A stretch of DNA of 64,000 nucleotides from Cyanophora paradoxa CCMP329 (Eukaryota; Plantae; Glaucophyta), in NCBI GenBank assembly GCA_004431415.1, contig QPMI01000068.1, positions 1 through 64,000 on the forward strand. Reading direction: 5' to 3'. The translations under genes and the position numbers were made by a program. Position 1 is the stretch's first letter, and every line of letters begins with the position of its first letter. Below the pieces are notes generated by a model that worked only from the letters and a program-made list of their open reading frames with translations, had not been told where the DNA came from and did no database searches. Of this stretch, positions 56,114 to 64,000 are shown piece by piece.

Positions 56114-59100
56114 TATTGGGCGGCACAGTTACACTTAATATGAGATAGGAAACAATTTTTGGTAATATGAGCCACAGCATTATTGATTCGATCTACCGAG
56201 ATATCTTCGAAGTCCATGGCATTGTAGCATCGCAGGCAATGCCCATACTGCTTCCCATATCGCTGCTTGATCCAGTCCCATGTGATGTAATCATGCTCAT
56301 CGAATTGTCTATTTGCTGCTCGGTCCTGATCCTTGTAAGTCGATATCTTCTCGTTATTCTCTCTCTTCCACACTTTCCAGTGAGCCATTTCGAAATTATC
56401 ATGGTAAATAACAACATCATCCAGCCTTGTGGTTCGAGTGAGAGCAACATAGAGCCACTTCTTTGAAACAAATGGCGCCCCAGTTTCAAACACGACTACC
56501 CTGTTCCCTTTGCAGCGAATCGTATCACCTTGAACAACATGGCAGGTGTTTGCATAAGCCAGGGCGAAATGTTTGACTGCATCCCTGCTGAGAACGATCT
56601 CATCTTTCTTGTTGGCAATGTCAGCAATAATGAAACTGTCCTTTGAGAGCTTGACAATCTTGTAGACAAATCCATTATGAACTATTTTTCCGCCCTTTGC
56701 AATACGAGTCTTTGCAACAACTTTGATGCCGCCAGCATAAATGGAAACATTATCCCCGTAGTTCATTTTGTGAAGGGCTAGGTTCACCTCTGCACCCTTG
56801 CGGTTTGTGTAAACAATGCCAATATCAGTCTTTTCCAATTCGTCCACAACCTTGAACCCATACTTTGCAAGGACCTCACTTACACTCAAACCTTTCTCGA
56901 ATAAATCAATTCGAATTTGCTCAACCTTCCTGCGATCTTCCTCAGTCTCATGTCGCTTGTTCACTTGGAGTAACAATTCGTTGGGGAACAGGCGATGGAG
57001 GATATCGAGGTAATACTCATCTTGGTCAACACTCATATCTTGGATGGGTGGGTTTTGGTACGGGTCCCCTGTGGCAATGTATACCTTATCTGGGAACTGC
57101 TCATTCATGATGTGGTCCAAGGCTGCCAGTTCCCCAATCTTAAACTGACAGATCTCATCAATAACAATGCAATCAAATTCTACCAAACCAGAGGCATTTC
57201 CTCCTACAATTTCATCCATGTTTGACTCATCAATTTTAAGGTGAAGGGCATCATAGATTGTCTTCACATTTTTCAATCCTTGCTCTTTCATTTCTTTCAC
57301 TCGCTTGTTGGTTGGAACAATGTAGAGGGGATTTCTGAAACGCTTTCCATATTCAACTGTCATGTGAGTCTTTCCCACTCCCGGAACTGATCCGAGAAGA
57401 ACCCATCGTTTTTGTGTAGCCAGCAAATCACAAATCGCGGTTGTGTCATACTCATCAACCACAGAGTGTTTGGTATAACTGTAGTTCTCGATTTTCACAA
57501 AGTCAGTCGCCCTCTCAAACTTTCCGTAACGAATTCGTTTTGCCTCGAGGTCTTTCTTCTCACCTGAAAACTTTTTAGAAAAATTGGGGCAGCATTTCAC
57601 ACTGAATTTTCCAATATTCTCAAAGGCATTGCGATCGAATGACACTGGGGCAATGGGTTCATAAGCGATCCCATAAACACAATCGGTGTTCAAAGCGAGT
57701 GGTCGGATTTGCTGTTTAGCGAGTTCGACACACTTCTCATACATACACATCCTCATAATTGACAAGAGGGTAGTGTACAATGGCATGAAGCCATCAATGA
57801 GCTGCTTTTCTGCTACCTGATTGACATAGTAGATATGGGGTTCGGTCATCTCTTCCTCACACAGAACGAACTCTGTCTCCTCATAAGTGGCAAGAGTCTC
57901 ACCAAAGAGGTAAATCTTAACCTCCCCTCCGTTCTGTTTCTGGAACTCGATCGCATCGTCTCTGTTGTGGAAAATGGTGGTTTTCACTCTGCTATTTCGT
58001 TGCTTTCCAGTTTGCCCAATCGCACTCACTAAGATCTGCTTCTTATCAACAGGATCGAGGTCGCTATCTAAGATTCGAGCAACTGTGTTGCCTGCAAGGT
58101 TGGGAATGAGTTTGTAAGGTCGCAGAACCGCTTTGATGGAGATGTCATCCTTGAAATCCTCGAAATGCTTTTTGAGAACCAAACCAGGAACGACATTGTA
58201 CTTGGAATCAATGATCATCCTCTTGTATCTGTTGTAGGTGTTTGCTTCGTACTCCTTTCCGTTCTTGTCTTTGGCTTTGAAAAAGTATTTGTCGTCCAGT
58301 TTCACGTAATAGAAGCTGTATTCCTCGATTTGCTCTGCATCTGTGATTGTCACACTCTTGAAGACATCGAACTTGCTGAGAACAGGAACGAATTTGATCA
58401 TCAAGGCTACAATGTAAGGGTATGCTTTGCACATATCGAACTCGTAAATATCTGTGTTATAGCGAATTTCATCAAAGGTCTCCTCATCCACATCAAAGAG
58501 ACCACGAAGGGCAGTCTGCACTCCATTCTTGAATGCATTTATGGTTTGCTCATTGTAAGTACTCTTGTTGGAAGTGTTGATTAGAGACCTATACATATCC
58601 AGATTTAGTTTCTCGAATTTATCTCTGTACTCAGCATTCTTGAAGCTAATCTCGAAAGCTGTTTCTACATCTGTATCGTTACCAGGTGGGGTCACGACAA
58701 CATCCTTATCGTCAATAGTGAAACGAATATGGGTTGCCTTTCCGATTTGGGAGAACCCAGGTTGGACCTGATAATTATGCACCACAATGAACTCTCTGAG
58801 TAGCTCATCCAGTGAACCACCATAGCAGATTCGAATGCTCGATTGGTTCTTTGGATTGTCAGACCTGACAATTCTCAGAATGTCATCGGGATTTGTGGCA
58901 AACTCCTTGAACCTTCTTTGCTTTATAATCTTGTAACGAGAACTGAGTGGAACATTGGTATCTTTTGGCTTGGAGCCATTGAAGGACTGTGTGAGAGCCT
59001 TAATATTGTGATTTAACAAATACATGTGACCATTCTCAATCTTCACATATGCAACAGAAGGGGTCAAGTGTGTGTTCCTGGTCTTGGGCAGGAAAGTCAG

Positions 59101-60201
59101 TTCAGGGACAGGGGTCCTGTCGTCCTTTCCAATTGTAACCATGCCTAGGCGCAGTGGGTCAAGAACCTTCTCCGAAATGGACTTGAAAGAAATGCCCCAA
59201 TCATCTCCTTCAACAGGGTCTCGCCCATTCACCATCTTAAACAGTCCGTTGTAAGACCAATCGATGCGCTTGTATTTCCCTTTGGTCTTAGCCTTCTCAA
59301 ATGCTCCTCCAAACCATTTGATGAGGACATCAAAGACACACTTCCCAACCTTGAATGAGTCACCTTTTAAGAACATTTCCTTGAATGTGGTGGCTTGGGG
59401 GTTCCCTTCGTTTTTAATGAAATTCGAAATAATCATGGGAGCGTTTGTATTGTCTCTGAGAACTTGTTCATTTCTTGGGATGTATTCTTCATTATCTGTC
59501 GTGATGACTCTTTCAATTGTCATAATATCGGGGTAGGTATCTTGCTCAATTAGTTTTAGGTAGCGGAAATCTTGATTGGTCGAGTTAAACTCGATGACTG
59601 CTGCAATAAATTCAGCAATGACGGTCCCCTCAACACATGGGAACGTATTGAACGTGGATTGAACCAGACCAAGAGCATTCAGAAAAGCTGCCTTGGTACA
59701 CTGGATACCAAAGGGGCGATTGTTCCGAAGCCTCTTCGATTCGATGTAGGTCACACCATTCTCAGTGACCCTGTTCGCGTTTGCGGGAGCCTGTTCTCCC
59801 TCTTGCAACTCACGGAAGAGTCTCACATTCAGAGTGACCATGTTTCCAGGTGAGTTTTCAACAAACTCACGAAGGTTAGCCATCAATTGCTGGAAAGGAG
59901 TCAAGCGCTTCCGCTCTCTCGCTTGCTCCGCTTTCTTGTTTTGCTTCTCAACATTCTTAGCGGCTCTCTCAGCCCTCTTCTCCTTCTTCTCTTGCTTGCG
60001 ATACAAACGAGGCTCTACGATACCTCTCAGTGTATCTCTGATATCAATCAACTTTGGAATTCTAATTGCTTTGAAAGTAAATTCTCTCAAGAAATAGATA
60101 TCCTGCTCTCGGGTCAATTTGTCTTCTACTTTTGCTTGCATGTAGTAACCAAGAATCTCATCCTGTAAATTCTTCGAAATTCGATTACTTGGTCGAGGCA
60201 T
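56113..60201 (-). CDS. PLV-D TP-vOTU-PolB palm-SF1 helicase-HNH fusion, intact, ~1360 aa
   Basis: GKCVFD/NGHMY; DMCKAYP, KKQILVSAIG, NTDC; GSVPGVGKT, VIDEI, TGDPYQNPP, TCHVVQGDT, YVALTR; CLRC...VDRINNAVAHITKNCFLSHIKCN. Confidence 0.93.
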   Translation of the reverse strand: MPRPSNRISKNLQDEILGYYMQAKVEDKLTREQDIYFLREFTFKAIRIPKLIDIRDTLRGIVEPRLYRKQEKKEKRAERAAKNVEKQNKKAEQARERKRLTPFQQLMANLREFVENSPGNMVTLNVRLFRELQEGEQAPANANRVTENGVTYIESKRLRNNRPFGIQCTKAAFLNALGLVQSTFNTFPCVEGTVIAEFIAAVIEFNSTNQDFRYLKLIEQDTYPDIMTIERVITTDNEEYIPRNEQVLRDNTNAPMIISNFIKNEGNPQATTFKEMFLKGDSFKVGKCVFDVLIKWFGGAFEKAKTKGKYKRIDWSYNGLFKMVNGRDPVEGDDWGISFKSISEKVLDPLRLGMVTIGKDDRTPVPELTFLPKTRNTHLTPSVAYVKIENGHMYLLNHNIKALTQSFNGSKPKDTNVPLSSRYKIIKQRRFKEFATNPDDILRIVRSDNPKNQSSIRICYGGSLDELLREFIVVHNYQVQPGFSQIGKATHIRFTIDDKDVVVTPPGNDTDVETAFEISFKNAEYRDKFEKLNLDMYRSLINTSNKSTYNEQTINAFKNGVQTALRGLFDVDEETFDEIRYNTDIYEFDMCKAYPYIVALMIKFVPVLSKFDVFKSVTITDAEQIEEYSFYYVKLDDKYFFKAKDKNGKEYEANTYNRYKRMIIDSKYNVVPGLVLKKHFEDFKDDISIKAVLRPYKLIPNLAGNTVARILDSDLDPVDKKQILVSAIGQTGKQRNSRVKTTIFHNRDDAIEFQKQNGGEVKIYLFGETLATYEETEFVLCEEEMTEPHIYYVNQVAEKQLIDGFMPLYTTLLSIMRMCMYEKCVELAKQQIRPLALNTDCVYGIAYEPIAPVSFDRNAFENIGKFSVKCCPNFSKKFSGEKKDLEAKRIRYGKFERATDFVKIENYSYTKHSVVDEYDTTAICDLLATQKRWVLLGSVPGVGKTHMTVEYGKRFRNPLYIVPTNKRVKEMKEQGLKNVKTIYDALHLKIDESNMDEIVGGNASGLVEFDCIVIDEICQFKIGELAALDHIMNEQFPDKVYIATGDPYQNPPIQDMSVDQDEYYLDILHRLFPNELLLQVNKRHETEEDRRKVEQIRIDLFEKGLSVSEVLAKYGFKVVDELEKTDIGIVYTNRKGAEVNLALHKMNYGDNVSIYAGGIKVVAKTRIAKGGKIVHNGFVYKIVKLSKDSFIIADIANKKDEIVLSRDAVKHFALAYANTCHVVQGDTIRCKGNRVVVFETGAPFVSKKWLYVALTRTTRLDDVVIYHDNFEMAHWKVWKRENNEKISTYKDQDRAANRQFDEHDYITWDWIKQRYGKQYGHCLRCYNAMDFEDISVDRINNAVAHITKNCFLSHIKCNCAAQ

Positions 60202-60442
60202 TTCTTTGTTCACTCTATTAATATATACCTACAAAAGTTTTCTTTAAATACTTTTATACTCGCGTCAAATTTTACCGGCAAAACCAAAAGTCTCCAACAA
60301 AATATATTTAGTCGAGGGCATTTATAAAAATAACGAAGGGTTGGCTCGATCATCGAACTCTAAAAATAACAGAATGATTTTATTTGTGGTTCCAGCGCGG
60401 TTCCCACGGGTTTCTCAGAGCAGATCGCGCTGAGAAAAACGA

Positions 60443-60700
60443 TTAACAGAGATATTTCGATTTGCGACCACGGTTAGAATACGGGACACCATAGAGATAC
60501 TTCACAAAGCAGACTGCATTGGAAGCATAGAGACGCTGGGAACTCTCAACGATTCTCATGGCTCTGTAACACTCATCAGTATGGTATAAATCACGCATTT
60601 GCTTTGCGAATTTCGCATTATACTTTTTTAAATATTCCTGACCTTTTTCACTTTTACGATAACGATAAGTAGCACGCTTCTGAGCCTCACTGATTGGCAT
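60443..60700 (-). CDS. Small basic protein
   Basis: MPISEAQKRATYRYRK...; upstream motif shared with the PolB gene. Confidence 0.65.
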   Translation of the reverse strand: MPISEAQKRATYRYRKSEKGQEYLKKYNAKFAKQMRDLYHTDECYRAMRIVESSQRLYASNAVCFVKYLYGVPYSNRGRKSKYLC

Positions 60701-61049
60701 TTTGTCTTTTTCTACTCTCTTAATATATGTTAAGAAATCTTTAAGTAGTTTTTCTGTCTGTATATAGCGAATAAACTCCTGTCAAATTTTGGTCCCGATT
60801 GCAGAGCATCCAGTACGAAAGAAGATGCTGGAAAAATGATAAAGCTACCGATACCCAGAAGGTTCACTTGTCGGCTGCAAGTTTCTACCACTGAACCCGG
60901 TAGAACAGGTGATTAAAGTGATTTACCTATGGATATTTCACTTCGCTCTACAACGCCTCCATAAAAATGAAGAAGTTTTGAGCCTACGGGATAGGATTGG
61001 TTACGTAGCGCTAACAATGTTCAAGATTTTTTAAATTCGGAAATGATCC

Positions 61050-61811
61050 TTAACGGCGATATCCAGGTCTGATCCCGAGCTTGGCAAACCCTGAGACCAT
61101 TGGAGCAGCATTTGGAATCGAGTTGACTGGATCAGCCTGCGAAGTGGCAACCCGAAGGATCGATTTATTGAGGACCGGCAAATCCGTTTTGTTGGAGTCT
61201 TGGTAATCGATTGTCTTTGCAATCAATTCGGTTGGTGATTCTTTTACAACTTGAACAGGTTCAGGGATGACTTCATGGGTTACTTCTGGTTTCTTCTCAA
61301 CCTTCTCCTTTGTGATTGGCTGTTCCTTGATCTTGTTTTCGTTTTTGGTCTCTGCTGCAATGCCATCAACAAGACTTTTAGCATACTGATATGTCACAGA
61401 TTTCAGTCCGCCAGTGGTTGAACGAATAAAGTAGCGGTTGCGATGGTCTTTCTCGGAATAGGTCGAGTAGAGCCTCTCGCCACCATCAAGCAGTTTCAGC
61501 AGTGTCGATGATGAGGCAACCTTATCCTTTGTGGATGATTTGAACTGCCCTTTCTTGATTCCTCGTTTGGCTCCGGGCATGCGGTTCAATGGGACTTGGT
61601 CAACCAGGGCATTATCATTGTTGCTGTTTTTCGTAGTGGCTTGGGTGAATTGGTTTCGTTCTTTATGGACTTCTTTATCGAGGTCACCAGTTCCGTATGC
61701 AGCGATTCCCTTCGATTTCTTATACCAGTTCCTTCCAGTCTCACCATTGCCAACATCCGCTTCAGCGGCTGGTTTGGACAAGAAATTCTTGGGCTGAGTC
61801 TTGCGAGCCAT
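61050..61811 (-). CDS. Hypothetical Lys-rich PLV protein
   Basis: 253-aa ORF directly downstream of the penton gene. Confidence 0.7.
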   Translation of the reverse strand: MARKTQPKNFLSKPAAEADVGNGETGRNWYKKSKGIAAYGTGDLDKEVHKERNQFTQATTKNSNNDNALVDQVPLNRMPGAKRGIKKGQFKSSTKDKVASSSTLLKLLDGGERLYSTYSEKDHRNRYFIRSTTGGLKSVTYQYAKSLVDGIAAETKNENKIKEQPITKEKVEKKPEVTHEVIPEPVQVVKESPTELIAKTIDYQDSNKTDLPVLNKSILRVATSQADPVNSIPNAAPMVSGFAKLGIRPGYRR

Positions 61812-61847
61812 TTGTAATATCGAGACAAATTTATTCTACAGTATTTC

Positions 61848-62735
61848 CTATGACCGTGAGAACGGCAGGTAGAGTCCCTCCAACTCTTTTATGACATTCT
61901 TCAATGCTTTCTTCGTCAGATCTTTATCATCTTCAGTAATCAGTTCAAGAGTCATCGACCAGTCGGTAGTAATGTCTGCTGTGGCTCCGTTCCAGTAAGA
62001 AAGTCTCACATCTAGAGTCTCAACCTCAACCAAGCCATTCTGCTCGTGAACGATCATGGAATTATTCGATGAATCATATTTTAATAGACTGCCAACCGTT
62101 TGGTCAATCTCAATTTTTGCAATAGCATTGTTATCTCGTTTGTTATTGCTCACATATCTTCCTTTCAGTGGATCAACATGAAGAAGCAAATAGGAATTAA
62201 ATAGGAGATCTAATGGCATTTCACTATCAATGTAGTGAGCATAAGTAAAGGCTCCAACTGTGACATTAGATGATAGAGGACTCGATTGATAAAGTGTGTT
62301 TGCATTTTCAAAACCGCAGAAATTGGCTAAGAGTTGAGTGTTCATAGTGATTGAGAATGGAACCTCGCACATAAACCTTAGAAGCAATGTTGTGGGATCA
62401 TAGGTTACATAGAAATGGCGAGTGTAAGTTCCGCCACCCGCTTGATTATAGGGCTGGGATCCAATGCGAGCGATCAGATAATTCACCAGTGAATCGGGTG
62501 TATATGCACCTCGGAGGACTTCGTTGTTTCTATTCTTTGGGTTCCCAGCATTATCGAGTGTTTGAGTGGTGAGGGTTCCTACTTCAGAGAGGTTGTAAAG
62601 ATTGTGAAACATCTCAAAGTTCGTTACTCGACAGGCTCTGACCTTTTGGATCGCATAAGGGAGTCTGTATGTGAAATTAGTTGGGGTTCCATCCGATCGG
62701 TCCCTGGAATCAATATTGAGATAGTAACGCGTCAT
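61848..62735 (-). CDS. Minor capsid (penton) protein
   Basis: N-terminal LNIDSRDR..FTYRLP and C-terminal LDVRL..WSMTLEL, typical of PLV/NCLDV single jelly-roll pentons. Confidence 0.82.
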   Translation of the reverse strand: MTRYYLNIDSRDRSDGTPTNFTYRLPYAIQKVRACRVTNFEMFHNLYNLSEVGTLTTQTLDNAGNPKNRNNEVLRGAYTPDSLVNYLIARIGSQPYNQAGGGTYTRHFYVTYDPTTLLLRFMCEVPFSITMNTQLLANFCGFENANTLYQSSPLSSNVTVGAFTYAHYIDSEMPLDLLFNSYLLLHVDPLKGRYVSNNKRDNNAIAKIEIDQTVGSLLKYDSSNNSMIVHEQNGLVEVETLDVRLSYWNGATADITTDWSMTLELITEDDKDLTKKALKNVIKELEGLYLPFSRS

Positions 62736-62787
62736 TCTGTTTAATAAAGCATTTTAAAAATTTCTTTTGGTATTTTAAACATAAGAG

Positions 62788-64000
62788 ATGGCACTCACTG
62801 GAACTACCCTTAAGGAATTACTCGTAACTCCCGGTTCCGATCAAATTTATCTGTCCCCTGGTCTCCAGATTGGAACCAACCCCAAATACAAACCATTCCT
62901 CGAGCAAGTTCGTCCCCGAGGCAATACTTTTGGCTTTAAGAATACCGCTTACTTTGATCTACCTCGCAAGCAACTCCTTGCTGGTGTTTCGCTCTATTTC
63001 AAGATTGCCACTGGTGGTGGTGTAGCCTGCACCCTCCCCAATGGTGGTTCTTCCTATATTAATGAGGTCCGCTTTGTTCATGGTGGTTTCAAGTATATCA
63101 TCCCTGGTGACTGGATTACTGTGAATGCTCTGGTTGATACTGATCACGCTACCATGGGCAGCATGTATGCTTCTCTCGGTTACTTCAAAGAACTTGATCG
63201 TGAAAGCACAGATGAGGCTATGGAATACATTGTTAAAATCCCCGCTGCTTTCTGGGATGATGCTTACTTCCCACTATGCAAACTGGCGGATATGCCAACA
63301 ATTGAGGTTGATTTCCGTGATGCTGCAATTGTCCAGGTTCCCGCCGGTGGATCTGTTACCTTTGCGGATTGCTCTCTGATCTGCCAATTCGTTAACATCG
63401 CTTCGGCTGAGGCTGAGACACTCTTGAAGATGGCGAACGAACAAGGTGGCATTCGCATTCCGATCACAGAGGTCATCCACAAGAAGACCCGAGCGCTCAA
63501 AACCGCTGATGCTGGTGAATCGGTTGAGGTGACACTCGCTAATGTTTCCGGTCTGGTTCATTCGATTCTTATGACTGTTCGAGAGGTGAACAAACTGAAC
63601 ACCTACACTCATTCTGATTTCTGTGGTCATGTTTCGGATGTTAAGATTGATCAGTTCCAGATCTTCCACAACAATCGCTCCCTTGATATCTCCAACAAAC
63701 CCATTTCCGGTTTCCTCTCGGCAATGAATCACATTCCATCCCATTATAAGGGCGTTTCAGTTGGCAATACCACCTATGGATTCGAGTCTGGAAATGTTTA
63801 CGGAATTGTTCTATCCAAATCCGGAAAGGATTCACTCCACAACTCGGTTATGGGTTACCAGGATTTCTTCAACAGCAGTTCGAGTTACATGGATCTCACT
63901 GTTTCCGGATGCACTGATGCCGCTCCTGTTCAGGTTGATATCTATGCCCTCCGACACAATGTTATGGTACTCAATGGCTACAACATCTCTACCCTGAAAG
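62788..64000 (+). CDS. PLV-D double jelly-roll major capsid protein (absent from the ORF track because its stop lies past the window end)
   Basis: 404 open codons: MALTGTTLKE...FGFKNTAYFDLPRKQLL...YFPL...SGLVHSILMTVR...GYQDFFNSSSS...VDIYALRHNVMV. Confidence 0.9.
   Translation, partial: MALTGTTLKELLVTPGSDQIYLSPGLQIGTNPKYKPFLEQVRPRGNTFGFKNTAYFDLPRKQLLAGVSLYFKIATGGGVACTLPNGGSSYINEVRFVHGGFKYIIPGDWITVNALVDTDHATMGSMYASLGYFKELDRESTDEAMEYIVKIPAAFWDDAYFPLCKLADMPTIEVDFRDAAIVQVPAGGSVTFADCSLICQFVNIASAEAETLLKMANEQGGIRIPITEVIHKKTRALKTADAGESVEVTLANVSGLVHSILMTVREVNKLNTYTHSDFCGHVSDVKIDQFQIFHNNRSLDISNKPISGFLSAMNHIPSHYKGVSVGNTTYGFESGNVYGIVLSKSGKDSLHNSVMGYQDFFNSSSSYMDLTVSGCTDAAPVQVDIYALRHNVMVLNGYNISTLK

Larger units (their letters stand above)
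54647..64000. mobile_element. PLV-D: apparently intact Polinton-like virus running off the window
   Basis: Starts AGCT; terminal repeats, then integrase, PolB-helicase, penton and MCP with no visible lesions. Confidence 0.92.

Overview
Eukaryotic, not prokaryotic, DNA from a GC-rich, intron-rich microbial eukaryote, almost entirely made of mobile or virus-derived sequence. (1) 1-11.4 kb: a GC-rich, apparently intronless block bounded by oppositely oriented arrays of one 30-bp motif. It carries TFIIB-like genes (3 copies), a D5/SF3-helicase-like ORF, a RING-like ORF and a SKP1/BTB-like ORF, a giant-virus-like gene set. (2) 12.6-13.9 kb: a 9-exon histone H3 variant missed by the ORF track, with a near-canonical tail carrying K27R joined to a CenH3-like histone fold. 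(3) 14.4-17.4 kb: a small spliced paralog family. (4) 17.7-64 kb: a nested stack of four AT-rich Polinton-like viruses (PLV-A to D). Between them they encode rve integrases, TP-vOTU-PolB palm-SF1 helicase-HNH fusions, an A32 ATPase, double-jelly-roll capsids, a penton, SAM decarboxylases, an adenine methylase and a patatin-discoidin protein. PLV-A is split by a full-length 11,038-bp APE-RT-RNase H LINE with a 16-bp TSD. PLV-B holds a 2.4-kb single-ORF retroposon-like insert and is cut in its patatin gene by PLV-C. PLV-C is cut in its capsid gene by the intact-looking PLV-D, which runs off the window. All four integrases end in an LRS basic tail resembling nucleosome acidic-patch anchors. All calls are by eye from motifs; no database searches were run, and some frameshifts may be sequencing errors.
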